A stretch of 64,000 nt of DNA from an uncultured delta proteobacterium (GCA_963775425.1 CAVZJB010000003.1:416001-480000); one strand, 5' to 3'. Positions 50,052-60,706 are shown, counted from the first letter of the stretch. The notes: a model not told the origin generated them from the sequence alone. Translations and numbers: made by a program.

Positions 50052-50456
50052 TCAACCCGCGACGAGCGCGAGGAGCTGGACCACGTTTTTGGGGCAATCG
50101 AGGCCCTCCGGGCCGTCGAAGAAGCCGTGCTCCGTGAATTCCTCGTTGGGCACCACCTCGCCATCGACGTCGGCGACGAAGCAGAAGTTCATGTGCAGGC
50201 CCTTGCTGCCGGCGTCGTGCTCCTCGTAGGCGAGGAGGCCGGGCGGGGCGCCGTCGACGGCGCCCGGGCGCGCGTTGAACCGCCCCTCGAGGCCGGTCTC
50301 CTCGAACAGCTCGCGCCGGGCGGCCTCGAGCGGGGTCTCCCCGGGCTCGATCTCACCGCCCACGGGGAGCCAGGTGCCGAGGCGCTTGTGCTTGATGAGC
50401 AGCACCCGGCCGGTCGGGTCGCGGGCGAAGATGGCGACGGAGAAGGCGCGACGCAT
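50052..50456 (-). CDS. NUDIX hydrolase
   Basis: Nudix box GGEIEPGETPLEAARRELFEETG. Confidence 0.9.
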   Translation of the reverse strand: MRRAFSVAIFARDPTGRVLLIKHKRLGTWLPVGGEIEPGETPLEAARRELFEETGLEGRFNARPGAVDGAPPGLLAYEEHDAGSKGLHMNFCFVADVDGEVVPNEEFTEHGFFDGPEGLDCPKNVVQLLALVAG

Positions 50457-50470
50457 GGTAGCGTGACCCT

Positions 50471-50953
50471 ATGCGCAAACTCTTCGCCTTCGCCATCGTC
50501 GTCGCCGCGGCCTGCGGCTGCACCTCGAGCGCGGACGCGCCCGACCAGCAGTGGGCGCTCGTGCAAAACCACTTCTACATCGACCACGCGCCCCGCGATG
50601 AGCGCGACATGGTGAAGCAGCTCGCGTACATCACGCACGAAGGCCAAAACGTCGGCGTGCGCGGCCAGTCGTCGAGGTTCCGCTTCTTCGTCGACGTCCT
50701 CACCTGGCAGCGCCAGGGCAACACGCTGCGCTCCACGGTGCTCCAGACCAACAAGAAGCTCCAGACCACCTTCCGCGCGTGGCGCTGCCAGGGCAAGGCG
50801 CCCCGGCCCTTCGAGCTCTGCCTCGAGCTCAAGGAGGGCGACCGCGTCCGCCACTACTTCAGCCGCAACGACTGGATCATCGAGAGCGCCGCCGACGCCT
50901 CCGCCCTCGCCGCGCGCGTCGACATCGATCCGTCCGCGTCCGCGGGCGACTGA
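50471..50953 (+). CDS. Hypothetical lipoprotein
   Basis: MRKLFAFAIVVAAACGC signal/lipobox and normal codon bias. Confidence 0.7.
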   Translation: MRKLFAFAIVVAAACGCTSSADAPDQQWALVQNHFYIDHAPRDERDMVKQLAYITHEGQNVGVRGQSSRFRFFVDVLTWQRQGNTLRSTVLQTNKKLQTTFRAWRCQGKAPRPFELCLELKEGDRVRHYFSRNDWIIESAADASALAARVDIDPSASAGD

Positions 50954-50971
50954 GGGAGCGGCCGCGCTTGA

Positions 50972-52897
50972 TCAGCGCGCGGCGACGGTCCGCACCGGCG
51001 CCTTGTCGAAGAGGTCCGCGGCCTGTGTGCGCTCGTCTGCGTGCGGGCCGTGCGCGCTGCGTCGCAGCAGCCTGGCGGCGTCGGCGAGCGTGAGCCCCTC
51101 GGCGTACTTGCTGCCACGCAGGATCTCGGCGCCGAGCGCCATCCCGAGCGCCGCCTTGGCGTCGTCGTCGAGGTCGGCCACGCGCGCGGCCCACGCGCTC
51201 GGGCCGACGTCCACCGCGAGCTCCGTCGCGTGCTCGTGGCGCGGGACCTTGTGGCGGACGCGCACCGTGGCGAGCTTCCCCGCGGGCGCGTGCCCAGGGT
51301 CCACGCGCTCGATCTCGTACAGCGCCGTGACGGCGTGACCGGCCCCGATCTCGCCGGCGTCCTTCTTGTCGTTCCTGAAGTCCTTGTCGGCGATGTCGCG
51401 GTTTTCGTAGCCGAGCAAGCGGTAGCTCCGCACCACTTCGGGGTTCCACTCCACCTGGATCTTCGCGTCCTGCGCGATCACCTCGAGCGTGCTGGTGAGC
51501 TCGTCGACAAAGTAGCGCCGCAGCGTCTGCCGAGAGTCGATGTACGTGTAGTTGCCGTTGCCGGCGTCGGCGAGCTGCTCCATGAGGTTGTCGTTGTAGT
51601 TGCCGCCGCCGAAGCCCATCGTCGACATCGTCACGCCCTCGCTCACGTAGCCGCGCACGGACTTCAGGATGTCCGCGTAGGAGGTGCGGCCGATGTTGGC
51701 GTCGCCGTCGGACAGCACCACCACGCGCGCGCTCCGATCACTGCCGAGCTCCTTGCCGGCCTCGCGATACGCGAGCTCCATGCCCGAGCCCATGTCCGTG
51801 CCGCCGCCGGATATGAGCCCGGCGACGGCCTGATGGATCTCTGCGCGCTTTGACGCCGGCGTCGCAGGCAGCACGAGGCGGGTGGCGCCGGCGTAGGTGA
51901 CGATGGCGACGGTGTCGTCGTCGCGCAGCGCGTCCACCGCCATGTCGATGCCGTCCTTGGCCCACGGCAGCTTGTCCGGCTGCTGCATGGAGCCGGAGAC
52001 ATCGACGAGGAACGTGACGTGCGCGGGCTTTCTCTGCGCGGCGGTGAGCCGCTTGCCCTGGATGGCCACGCGCACGACGTCGCGGTCGCGGGTGAACGGC
52101 GAGGGCGCGGCGTCCACGTGCACGGCGAACGCGCTGCCGTCGCGCGGGCCGGCGTAGTCGTAGTGGAGCGCGTTCACGAGCTCCTCCACGCGAACGGCCG
52201 CGGGCACCGGCGCCCGCCCCATGCGCAGGAACCGGCGCGTGTACATCCAGCTCCCGCTGTCGACGTCGATGGAGAAGGTCGACAGCGGATCTTCACGGAC
52301 GTCGACGATCGGGTTCGTGCCCGCATGGACGAAGGTGCCGCCGGCCTGGGGCGGCGGCTCCGGCGCGAGCGCTCGAGTGCCGCCGGACAAGCGCGCCGCG
52401 CCGCTGCCGATGCTGACGGCGATGCCGCCGCCGCCCTTGCCGGACCAGCGCAGCGCGCCGCTGCCGTAGGCGCCGGCGCCGCCGCCGCCGGCGCCGTAGC
52501 CGGCGGCGCCATAGCCGGCGGCGCCTCGCCCTTCGGCCTTTCCCTGGCCGAGGCTCCCCACGACGGAGTCGCCGAGGGCGATGCCGGCGAGGCCGCCGAC
52601 GTCAGCGCCGCCGCGCGCGCGCCGGGCCACGCTGGCGTGCAGCGGGCGCTCGTGCGTCGCGGGCGCCGCCGTCGTGGCCGTCTTCGGCGCCGCCGGCACG
52701 GCCGTCTTCGTCGCCGCCGGGGGGGCCGTCTGCGTCGGCGCCGAGGGGGGCGGCGGCGTCGCGGCCGCGATCCGCCGGGGCGCCACGTTGTCGACGACGA
52801 CGGGCGCGGCGCCGGTGGGGGCGGGGTCGTCGCAGGCACAGACGGCGACGACGGCGGCGAGCGGCACGAGCCGCGCCGCGAGGGTGATGAATCGCAT
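50972..52897 (-). CDS. YfbK-like VWA lipoprotein
   Basis: Lipobox VCAC; PLSTFSIDVD, VRVEE, DVSGSM, LSDGDANIG, YRLLGYENR and DAGEIGAGH.VTALYEI motifs. Confidence 0.9.
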   Translation of the reverse strand: MRFITLAARLVPLAAVVAVCACDDPAPTGAAPVVVDNVAPRRIAAATPPPPSAPTQTAPPAATKTAVPAAPKTATTAAPATHERPLHASVARRARGGADVGGLAGIALGDSVVGSLGQGKAEGRGAAGYGAAGYGAGGGGAGAYGSGALRWSGKGGGGIAVSIGSGAARLSGGTRALAPEPPPQAGGTFVHAGTNPIVDVREDPLSTFSIDVDSGSWMYTRRFLRMGRAPVPAAVRVEELVNALHYDYAGPRDGSAFAVHVDAAPSPFTRDRDVVRVAIQGKRLTAAQRKPAHVTFLVDVSGSMQQPDKLPWAKDGIDMAVDALRDDDTVAIVTYAGATRLVLPATPASKRAEIHQAVAGLISGGGTDMGSGMELAYREAGKELGSDRSARVVVLSDGDANIGRTSYADILKSVRGYVSEGVTMSTMGFGGGNYNDNLMEQLADAGNGNYTYIDSRQTLRRYFVDELTSTLEVIAQDAKIQVEWNPEVVRSYRLLGYENRDIADKDFRNDKKDAGEIGAGHAVTALYEIERVDPGHAPAGKLATVRVRHKVPRHEHATELAVDVGPSAWAARVADLDDDAKAALGMALGAEILRGSKYAEGLTLADAARLLRRSAHGPHADERTQAADLFDKAPVRTVAAR

Positions 52898-52980
52898 GGG
52901 CTCCTCGTTGGTTGTTCGAGGGACAGCGCCGCGGCGGCGCCGGTTCCGGCGCGGCGGCGTGGTGGAGGTATGCTCGGGTC

Positions 52981-53433
52981 ATGAACAGAGCGCTGTGCCT
53001 CGTCGTCGCCTCCCTCGCGCTCGGCGGGTGCCACAAGCACGAGAGCCCGGAGGAGCAGATCCGCAAGGTCCTCGACGACGGCGCCGCCGCGCTCGAGGCG
53101 CGCGACGCCAAGAAGGCCGCGGAGGTGCTGTCCGACGCGTACAAGGACGACGCCGGCCGCGACAAACAGAAGGTCAAGGGGCTCGCGTTCTTCGCGCTCC
53201 AGCAAGGGCCGGTGCTCGTCTCGTTGCAGAAGGTCGACATCAAGGTCGACGGCGATCACGCCGCCGTCGCCCTCAAGGTGCTGGCCGTGCAGGGCAACCC
53301 CACGCTCAAGACCGCCGCCGACCTCTTGCCGTCCAACGCGCGCGCCTTCGACCTCACGCTGTCGCTCGCCCACGAAGACGACGGCTGGCGGGTCACGGCC
53401 ATCGACGGCCTCCACGCCGGCGGCCTCGAGTGA
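52981..53433 (+). CDS. NTF2/SnoaL-like lipoprotein
   Basis: Lipobox LGGC; SPEEQIRKVL, LSDAYKD, IKVDGDHA and DGWRVT motifs. Confidence 0.72.
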   Translation: MNRALCLVVASLALGGCHKHESPEEQIRKVLDDGAAALEARDAKKAAEVLSDAYKDDAGRDKQKVKGLAFFALQQGPVLVSLQKVDIKVDGDHAAVALKVLAVQGNPTLKTAADLLPSNARAFDLTLSLAHEDDGWRVTAIDGLHAGGLE

Positions 53434-53461
53434 CCACCGGCTGCTGAGCTACGATCCCCGC

Positions 53462-55033
53462 GTGGACGCAGACGCGCTCATCGGGCGCACCTTCGGTGGC
53501 CGCTGGAAGGTCGACAAGAAGCTGTCCTCCGGCGGCATGGGGGCGCTGTATGTCGCCAGCCACGCCGACAGCGGGCGCAAGGCCGCGCTCAAGGTCATCC
53601 GCCCTCGCGCGGCGCCGATGGAGGGCTTGTCGCAGCGCTTCCGTCACGAGGTGGAGGCGCTCGCTTCCATCACGCACCCGAACATCGTGGCGCTCCTCGA
53701 CAGCGGCGTGGACGAGGGTGATCTCTTCCTCGTCATGGAGCTGCTCGAGGGCCGCTCGCTGCGCCGCGAGCTCAAGCGCAGCGGCCCGATGCCGTGGCGG
53801 CGGGCGCTGCGCATCGGCGCCGACGTCGCCCGCGCGCTCTCGGCCGTCCACAAACGCGGGTTGATCCATCGCGACCTCAAGCCCGACAACGTGTTCCTCA
53901 TGTCGTCGGAGGGGCACAGCGACTTCGTGAAGCTGCTCGACTTCGGCGTCGCCCGCGTCCCCGAAAAGCACGTCACGCGCACCGGCATCGTCGTCGGGAC
54001 GGCGGGGTACATCGCGCCCGAGCAGCTCCGCGATCAGCCGCCCACGCCGGCGTCGGACGTCTACGCGCTCGGCGTCATGCTCTACGAGATGGTGGCAGGC
54101 GAAGCGCCTTTCAAGGCGGCGTCGTTCGAAGCCATGGTGGTGAAGCAAATGGGCGGCAGCGTCGCGCCGCCGAGCGCCCACGCCGACGTCCCCGGCGACG
54201 TCGACGCCATCATCCTGAAGCTCATGGCGCGGGTCCCCGAGGAGCGGCCGCCGGACGCGGAGGCCGCCCTGGCGCTCCTGTGCGACGACAGCGGCGCGCC
54301 GCCGCCCCTGGAAAAGACCGAGAAGCTCGTGCGCATGGTGAAGACGCAGGAGGACGCCGTCGACGTCACGGAGCGGATCATCGCGCCCACCGTCGACGTC
54401 ACCGTGCGCTCGACCGTCGCGCCCCACGACCGGCGGCCGCTCTTCGTCGGGGCGGGCGTCGGCGTCGCCATCGTCGCCGTCGTCGCCGTCGCCGCGTGGG
54501 CCTGGCTGCCCCGCGCGCCTGTGTCCCAGGTGACCGCCGCGGTCGACCCGGCGCCCGCCGCCGGCGTCGATCGAGGGCGGCCACCCGCCGCGGCCGACAA
54601 TCCCGCGCCCGTCGATGCCCCCGCGCCGGCCGTCGCCGAAGACCCGCCCGCCGTCGCCGACGCCACGTCGCGCGCTGTTGCGGACGAGCGCGCGCGCACG
54701 TCCCCGGCGCGCGGTCGACTAGAGGTCCTCGACGCGGTCACCGCCGAGGTCCGCGCGGCGGCTCGTGCGCACGCGTCGTTGTTCGCCGCGTGCGGCGGAG
54801 ACACGTCGCCGCGCCGGCTCGCCGTGGCCGCCTACGCCAACGGCACCATGCGCCCGCTCGGCGCCGCCGCCGACCCGCCGATGGCGTGTGCGCAGCGCGT
54901 GGTGCGCATGCTCCGGGTGCCGCGCTTCAGCGGGCCGCCGGTGCCGGTGCCGCTGTCCGTCGTCGTCGGCAGGGTGAAGCCGCCGCCGCCCCCCAACCTC
55001 CCCGGCATCAACCCGCTGGGGCACGGGCGATGA
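53462..55033 (+). CDS. Hanks-type Ser/Thr protein kinase with TM segment and extracytoplasmic domain
   Basis: GGMG, ALKVI, HPNIV, HRDLKPDN, DFG, GTAGYIAPE and SDVYALG motifs; TM segment after the kinase domain. Confidence 0.93.
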   Translation: MDADALIGRTFGGRWKVDKKLSSGGMGALYVASHADSGRKAALKVIRPRAAPMEGLSQRFRHEVEALASITHPNIVALLDSGVDEGDLFLVMELLEGRSLRRELKRSGPMPWRRALRIGADVARALSAVHKRGLIHRDLKPDNVFLMSSEGHSDFVKLLDFGVARVPEKHVTRTGIVVGTAGYIAPEQLRDQPPTPASDVYALGVMLYEMVAGEAPFKAASFEAMVVKQMGGSVAPPSAHADVPGDVDAIILKLMARVPEERPPDAEAALALLCDDSGAPPPLEKTEKLVRMVKTQEDAVDVTERIIAPTVDVTVRSTVAPHDRRPLFVGAGVGVAIVAVVAVAAWAWLPRAPVSQVTAAVDPAPAAGVDRGRPPAAADNPAPVDAPAPAVAEDPPAVADATSRAVADERARTSPARGRLEVLDAVTAEVRAAARAHASLFAACGGDTSPRRLAVAAYANGTMRPLGAAADPPMACAQRVVRMLRVPRFSGPPVPVPLSVVVGRVKPPPPPNLPGINPLGHGR

Positions 55034-55695
55034 TCGCCGTCGTCGTCGCCGCTGCGCTCGCCGCTTCGGTCACCGCCGAGGAGCACTGGCACGCGGTCGG
55101 CGACGCGGCGCTCGAGTCGGGCGACGCGTGCGAGTCGACCTACTACCGCATGCACCTCTTCGACGAGACGCACAGTGAGGCTGCCGCCTACTACGCATTT
55201 CAGAGCGCCTACGCCGCCGACCTCATGGTGACGGCCGACGCCCTCCTCGCGCACATCCACGATCCGCGCATGCTCGCGGCGCTCGCGGCCAACCGCAAAG
55301 ACCTCGACGAGCGCCGCCGCGTCGGCGCGCTGCGCGACGCCGCGTGCCCCGCACACCGGCCCGTGTGCGGCGACTTCATCGTCGACGAGGGCGAGACCTG
55401 CGACGACGGCAACCGCATCGACGGCGACGACTGCGACAGCCGCTGCATGCGAGAGCCGACGGCGTGGACACCTCCGCGCCCGAGCGAGGCGGCCCCCGCG
55501 CCGCCGCCGCCTTCGAAGCCGCCGCCGCGCGCGCCGCCGCCTGATCCGAAGGCCGCCGCGGCCAAGGCCGCCGCCGACAACCGCGCGCACATGTGCGCCG
55601 GCGCGCCCATCGCGGTCGCCGTGGGCGTCATCGCCGCGCTCATCCCTTGCAGCGTCGTGGTCTTGCTGTCGGGCGCGCCCTGCTGCACGCCGTGA
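55030..55695 (+). CDS. Secreted/membrane protein with Myxococcus cysteine-rich (DUF4215) repeat
   Basis: Signal peptide; CGDFIVDEGETCDDGNRIDGDDCDSRC; Pro-rich linker; C-terminal hydrophobic segment. ATGA overlap with the kinase. Confidence 0.78.
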   Translation: MIAVVVAAALAASVTAEEHWHAVGDAALESGDACESTYYRMHLFDETHSEAAAYYAFQSAYAADLMVTADALLAHIHDPRMLAALAANRKDLDERRRVGALRDAACPAHRPVCGDFIVDEGETCDDGNRIDGDDCDSRCMREPTAWTPPRPSEAAPAPPPPSKPPPRAPPPDPKAAAAKAAADNRAHMCAGAPIAVAVGVIAALIPCSVVVLLSGAPCCTP

Positions 55696-55698
55696 CCG

Positions 55699-57750
55699 CT
55701 ACTCCGTGGGCGGTCCGCTCGGGCCGCGCTGGCGCAGCGGCAGCGGGGGCAGCGGCAACGCGGCGAGGAGCGCGAGGATGGCGAGGACGATCGCCACCTT
55801 GTAGACGGCGACGACGGCGTCGGTGAACGCCTGCTTCAGCGCGTGGTCGACCTTGCCGACGGTCTCGATGGCCATGCCCTCGGCGTGATCAAGCGCGCCG
55901 TTCACCTTCTCGAGCACGCCTGCGACCGCCTGCGCCTCCGCCGCGCTCTCGGCTCCCTTGAGGCCGACCTCGATGCGGCTCTCGATCTGCGCGCGCGCTT
56001 CGGGGCTCTGCAGCGCCGGCGGCGGAATTCGCTTGAGGTTCTCCCGGAGGGGGAGGGGCAGCGACTCGTCGGCGGCGAGCGCGGCCACGGCCTCGGGACC
56101 CTGCTCGATGGCCGCCTTCACGCGCGCGATGGTGGCGTCGAAGCCCGCCTTCACCTGCGCGCCCACGCCTCCGCCCGCCAGGGACCTTTTGAGGCGCTCG
56201 TCGGTGAACGGGCTCGCCTCGAGCTCCTTCACCGCCGCGGGGTCGTTGTCCTTGACGGCCTTTTCGATGGTCACCCTCTGGTGGGCGAAGCCCTCGTGCA
56301 CCCGCTTCTCGACGAGCTCGCGGTCGAAGTAGCCCTGGCGGCCGCCCGCGCCCTGCTGCTGCTGCTTCATCTGCGCGAGCATGGCCGGGGGCACCCCCGC
56401 GGTGGCCACCTTCATCTTGTCCTCGATCTCCGACGACAGGGTGGTGGCGAAGACGGTCCCCATGATGGCGATGCCGATGGTGGCCCCCATCTGGCGCGCG
56501 AACGTGGCCATGGACGACGCCACGCCCACCACCTCGGGCGGCACCGCGTTTTGGATGGCGAGCGCGAACAGCGGGATGGACGGGCCCATGCCCACGCCAA
56601 TCAGGAACATCTTCCACGACGTGGACGCCTTGGTGGCGTCGACGTCGAGCGTGAAGGCGAGGATGGCGAACGCCACGGCGGCGATGACGAGCGAGCCGAC
56701 GATGAAGGGCTTGTACTTGCCGGTCTTGGTGGTGAGCGTGCCCGAGATGATGTTGCTTGTGACGATGCCGAGCGTGAGCGGCATTGTGGTGAGCCCCGCC
56801 CCGGTCGCGTGCTCTCCGACGACGTTTTGCATGAACAGCGGCAGGAACACGATGGCGCCCAGGAACATGAGGCCGGCCACGAACGCGGCGGCGCTGCCGA
56901 TGGCGTAGGCGCGATTCTGGAAGAGCTTGAGGTCGACGATGGGATCGCGCGCCCGCGTCTCGACGAAGACGAACGCGATGGTCCCCGCGACGGCGAGGCC
57001 GAAGAGGGAGAGCTCCTCCCACGAGGTCCACAGGAAGCCGGTCTCACCCTCGTGCACCGTGGCCTTGCCGAGCGACAGCGCCACGAGCAACGGCACGACG
57101 CCGACGGCGAGGGCGACGCTGCCGGCGACGTCGATGCTCAGCTTCTTTTGTTCGCGCGGCAACAGCGGCGGCATGCGCGCGAGGATGAAGGCGGCCGCGA
57201 GGATGCCGAGCGGCACGTTGACGAAGAAGCACCAGTGCCAACCGAGGTTGTCCGTGATGAACCCGCCGACGAGCGGCCCGATGACGCTCGACAGGCCGAA
57301 CACCGCGCCGAAGAAGCCGTTCAGGCGGCCGCGCTCACGCGGCGAGTACATGTCGCCGATGATGGCGAACGCCGAGGTGAACAGGGACGCCGAGCCCACG
57401 CCCTGGACGGCGCGAAACAGGATGAGCTGCGTGGCGCTGCCCGAGACGCCGCACAGCACGGAGCCGAGCAGAAAGATGCCGATGCCCGCGAGCAGCACGC
57501 GGCGCCGGCCGAGGGTGTCCGAGAGCTTCCCCCAGATGGGCACGAGCACCGTCGACGACACCAGGTACGCCGTGGTGATCCAGACGTAGAGCCCCGGGTC
57601 GATCTTGAGGTCTTGCTGGATGGTGGGGCCCGCCGTCGACACGATGGTGTTGTCGAGCGCGGCGAGCAGCATCCCGAGGAGGACGCCGAAGAGGGCGAGC
57701 GTCTTCTGGCGCGGCGGGAGAGCGGTGGCGTCCATTGTGGGGTGCTCCAT
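55699..57750 (-). CDS. DHA2 (EmrB/QacA) MFS efflux transporter with a large loop before the last TM
   Basis: LAALDNTIV, GKLSD.LGRR, FRAVQG.G, GPLVGG and W.WCFFVNVP motifs. Start 57750 or 57735. Confidence 0.92.
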   Translation of the reverse strand: MEHPTMDATALPPRQKTLALFGVLLGMLLAALDNTIVSTAGPTIQQDLKIDPGLYVWITTAYLVSSTVLVPIWGKLSDTLGRRRVLLAGIGIFLLGSVLCGVSGSATQLILFRAVQGVGSASLFTSAFAIIGDMYSPRERGRLNGFFGAVFGLSSVIGPLVGGFITDNLGWHWCFFVNVPLGILAAAFILARMPPLLPREQKKLSIDVAGSVALAVGVVPLLVALSLGKATVHEGETGFLWTSWEELSLFGLAVAGTIAFVFVETRARDPIVDLKLFQNRAYAIGSAAAFVAGLMFLGAIVFLPLFMQNVVGEHATGAGLTTMPLTLGIVTSNIISGTLTTKTGKYKPFIVGSLVIAAVAFAILAFTLDVDATKASTSWKMFLIGVGMGPSIPLFALAIQNAVPPEVVGVASSMATFARQMGATIGIAIMGTVFATTLSSEIEDKMKVATAGVPPAMLAQMKQQQQGAGGRQGYFDRELVEKRVHEGFAHQRVTIEKAVKDNDPAAVKELEASPFTDERLKRSLAGGGVGAQVKAGFDATIARVKAAIEQGPEAVAALAADESLPLPLRENLKRIPPPALQSPEARAQIESRIEVGLKGAESAAEAQAVAGVLEKVNGALDHAEGMAIETVGKVDHALKQAFTDAVVAVYKVAIVLAILALLAALPLPPLPLRQRGPSGPPTE

Positions 57751-57824
57751 GGCATGGCGAGCGCGTCGCGCAACGGGTAGATGCACGCGCGGTCGGAGCG
57801 TTGCCGCCGTCCGGGAGGAGCGGC

Positions 57825-60623
57825 TCAGGGGCGGCGGAGCGTCACGGCAGGATCGATCAGGTAGCCGTCGTCGCGCGTGATGAGCACGCCCGACAGCCCG
57901 CCGCGCCGCAGCCGGCGGATCGACGTGTACACGCGCGTCGCGCCGGACTCCGGGCGCATCTTCTCGCCGGGCCAGCCGCGCGAGAGCACCTCGGTCTGCG
58001 ACAGCCCCACGCCGGGGGACGCCTCGGCGTGATCGACGAGCGCCAGGAGGATGAGCCGCAGCGAGCGTTGCCGCTGGAGGCTCACGCGCTGGCCGTCGAG
58101 CTCGTAAAAGCGCGCGTCGGGGCCGACGATCATCTCCCGCCGCGTCCTGCCGCCGCGCAGGCTCGTCAGCCGCCGCGCCAGCGCGCCCTCCGCGGACTGC
58201 CCGCGCAGGAGCGCGACGGCGCCGCGCGCCTCCTGGTCGGACAGCCGCGCGAGCAACTGCTCCGCCGCGCCGCGCCGCTCGTCGAGGCGCGCGGGCTCGA
58301 GCAGCCCGGCGACGGCCAGCGCGACGACGAGAGGCTTGCCGCCGACGCGCTGAAGGGCGTCGATGGCTTCGTCGATCATCACGCGGGCCCCGCGCTCGTC
58401 GCCGAGCGACGTCAGCAACGCGCGCTCGCACAGGACGGCGCCCGAGAGGATCGCGTCGCGCGCGCTGCCCGCGAGCGCCGCTTCGGCGAGGCCGAGGGCG
58501 GCGCGCGCGCCTTCGATGTCCGCGCCGTCGCTGCGCGCACGGGCGATCTCGACGAGCGCAGCCGCGCGATACGCGGGGTTCTGCACGTGCGCCGCCGCCG
58601 CCAGCGCCTCGTCGAGCACGGTCAGCGCTTCGGCGCCGCGGTCGAGATCGGACAGCGCCGCCGCGCGCTCCACACGCAGCACCGAGCGCAGCCGCGGCCC
58701 ACCCTCGTCTTCGGCGAAGGCGAGCGCCTCGTCGACGAGGTGGAGCGCGTCGGCAGGGCGCCCCGACGCCCGCGCGAGCGCAGCGTGCTCGAGGCCCACC
58801 GACGCCGCGAGCACCCGATCGGCGGGCGCGCCGAGCGCGGTGAGCTCGAGGAGCCGCTGGCCCGCGGGCTCCACCATCCCCAGCCGCCGAAGCGCCTGCG
58901 CGAGCTCCACGAGCGTCTTTTGCCGCAGCCAGCGATCGCGGCTCTGCGAGGCGAGGGTGGCAGCGCGAGACAGCTCCTCCAGCGCCGACGACGTCGAGCC
59001 GCACGCGAAGAGCACGAGGCCCGCGCGGTTGCGCGCGTACGCCTCGCGCACCAGATCGCGGTTGCGGGCGGCGCCGTCGACGGCGGCGCGGATGTCGGCG
59101 AGGCCGCCGTCGACGTCGCCGCGCTCGAAGCGATCCCAGCCGCGGCGCGCCAGCGCAAAGTCGCGGCGCGACTCGTCGCCGAGCTCGGCGGCCACGGTGA
59201 GCGCGCGCCGCTGGCACTCGAGCGCCACGTCGTTGTCTCCGGCCGCGCTCGCGAGCGCCGCGCGGGCTTGCAGGAGGTCGCTCTCCACGTCCTTCTTCCC
59301 GGCGGCGCGGGCGGCGGCGATGCCGCGCACGAGCGACGCTTCGTGGGACGCGCGCGCGCCACGCCGGCGAAACAGCGCCGACAGCGACAGGGCCAACGAC
59401 GCGACGAGCGCGTCGTCGCTCGAGCGCGCGAACGCCACATCGAGGTTCTGGGCGTCGGCCGCGAGGTGGTCGGCGGCGTCGGCGCGTCCCTCGGTGCGCA
59501 GCGGGCGGCCGCGATCGATGCCGGCGTAGTAGTGCGCGTGCCGCGCCTCCACCTCGGCGGGGGCGCCGAGCTGGCCGCCCTCGAGCGCGTCGCGCGCGAC
59601 CTCGCGCACGATCTCGAACATGCCGAAGCGGACGGCGCCGCTCTCGCGTCGGGCCCACAACAGCGATCGCTCGCGCAGCCCTTGCACGGCGTCCATGACG
59701 TCGCCGCGCGAGAGGTCGACCACGGCTTCGATCGCGTCGAGCGAGAACCCGCCCGAAAACACGCTCGCCTGCGCGAGGGTGCGCTGCTCCTTGTCGTCGA
59801 GGAGCCCCCACGACCAGGACACGGCCGCGCGCATCGACGCGTGGCGCGTGTCGCCGCGGACGCTGCCGTCGACGGCGTCGGCGCTTCCGCGGCGGGGGAC
59901 GCTCAGCACGTCGAGGCCGGTCTCGAGCCGGGCGAGGACCTCGACGACGCCGAGCGCGGAGGCGCGGCCGGCGGCGAGCTCGATGGCGAGGGGGATGCCC
60001 TCGACCTGCAGGACGATGCGCTCGGCGGCGGCGCGCTCCTCGTCGGAGAGGGCGCGGCGGCGCGGGCCGCGGGCGCGCTCCTCGAAGAGGGCGACCCCGG
60101 CGGCGACGGACAGGGGCCCGAGCTCGACGACGCGCTCGCCCGCGACGCGCAGCCGCGCGCGCGAGGTGGCGACGAAGCACGCGCGCGGCGCGGCCTCGAG
60201 CCAGCCCGCGACGAGATCGGTCTCGTCGAGGAGCTGCTCGAAGTTGTCGAGCACGACGACGGGGCGCTGCGCGCGGGCGAGGGCGCGCCCGACGGCGGCG
60301 GCGGCGGCCCCGCGCGGCTCGGCCGCGAGGGAGATGCCGAGGCCGGCGGCGACGGCGCACACCAGGCCGTCCCGCGTGCGGTGCGTGGCCAGGTCCACGA
60401 AGGCGACGGGCCCGTCTCTTTCGAGGTCGGCCATCAAGCGGCGCGCGAGGCGGGTCTTGCCGACGCCTGGCGGACCGACCAGCGTCACCAGGCGCCAGCC
60501 GCCGGCGAGCGCGGCCTGCGCTTCGGCGACCTCGTCGGCGCGGCCGAAGAGGCCCGTCGCATCGAGCGCGACGGGGAGCCCGGAGCCCAGAGGGTTTGGT
60601 GGGGTGTGTCCGTCTTGCGACAT
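57825..60623 (-). CDS. STAND (NB-ARC-like) ATPase with TPRs and C-terminal winged-HTH regulator domain
   Basis: LFGR, GPPGVGKT, LDNFE, TSR, GIPLAIELAA and SVFSGGF motifs; TPR region; C-terminal GWPGE..RVYTSIRRLR..DGY. Confidence 0.88.
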   Translation of the reverse strand: MSQDGHTPPNPLGSGLPVALDATGLFGRADEVAEAQAALAGGWRLVTLVGPPGVGKTRLARRLMADLERDGPVAFVDLATHRTRDGLVCAVAAGLGISLAAEPRGAAAAAVGRALARAQRPVVVLDNFEQLLDETDLVAGWLEAAPRACFVATSRARLRVAGERVVELGPLSVAAGVALFEERARGPRRRALSDEERAAAERIVLQVEGIPLAIELAAGRASALGVVEVLARLETGLDVLSVPRRGSADAVDGSVRGDTRHASMRAAVSWSWGLLDDKEQRTLAQASVFSGGFSLDAIEAVVDLSRGDVMDAVQGLRERSLLWARRESGAVRFGMFEIVREVARDALEGGQLGAPAEVEARHAHYYAGIDRGRPLRTEGRADAADHLAADAQNLDVAFARSSDDALVASLALSLSALFRRRGARASHEASLVRGIAAARAAGKKDVESDLLQARAALASAAGDNDVALECQRRALTVAAELGDESRRDFALARRGWDRFERGDVDGGLADIRAAVDGAARNRDLVREAYARNRAGLVLFACGSTSSALEELSRAATLASQSRDRWLRQKTLVELAQALRRLGMVEPAGQRLLELTALGAPADRVLAASVGLEHAALARASGRPADALHLVDEALAFAEDEGGPRLRSVLRVERAAALSDLDRGAEALTVLDEALAAAAHVQNPAYRAAALVEIARARSDGADIEGARAALGLAEAALAGSARDAILSGAVLCERALLTSLGDERGARVMIDEAIDALQRVGGKPLVVALAVAGLLEPARLDERRGAAEQLLARLSDQEARGAVALLRGQSAEGALARRLTSLRGGRTRREMIVGPDARFYELDGQRVSLQRQRSLRLILLALVDHAEASPGVGLSQTEVLSRGWPGEKMRPESGATRVYTSIRRLRRGGLSGVLITRDDGYLIDPAVTLRRP

Positions 60624-60706
60624 GGGACGCACACCGTGCAAGATACGCGCCCGCTCGCCGTCCTCGCGCCTAACACCCCCCGCCGCGGGCGTGCGAGGCT
60701 CGCGGG

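Noticed and set aside
52420-52780. Gly/Ala/Pro repeats (GAAGY, PAATKTA) in the VWA lipoprotein
   Set aside because: Ordinary low-complexity linker, common in myxobacterial surface proteins.
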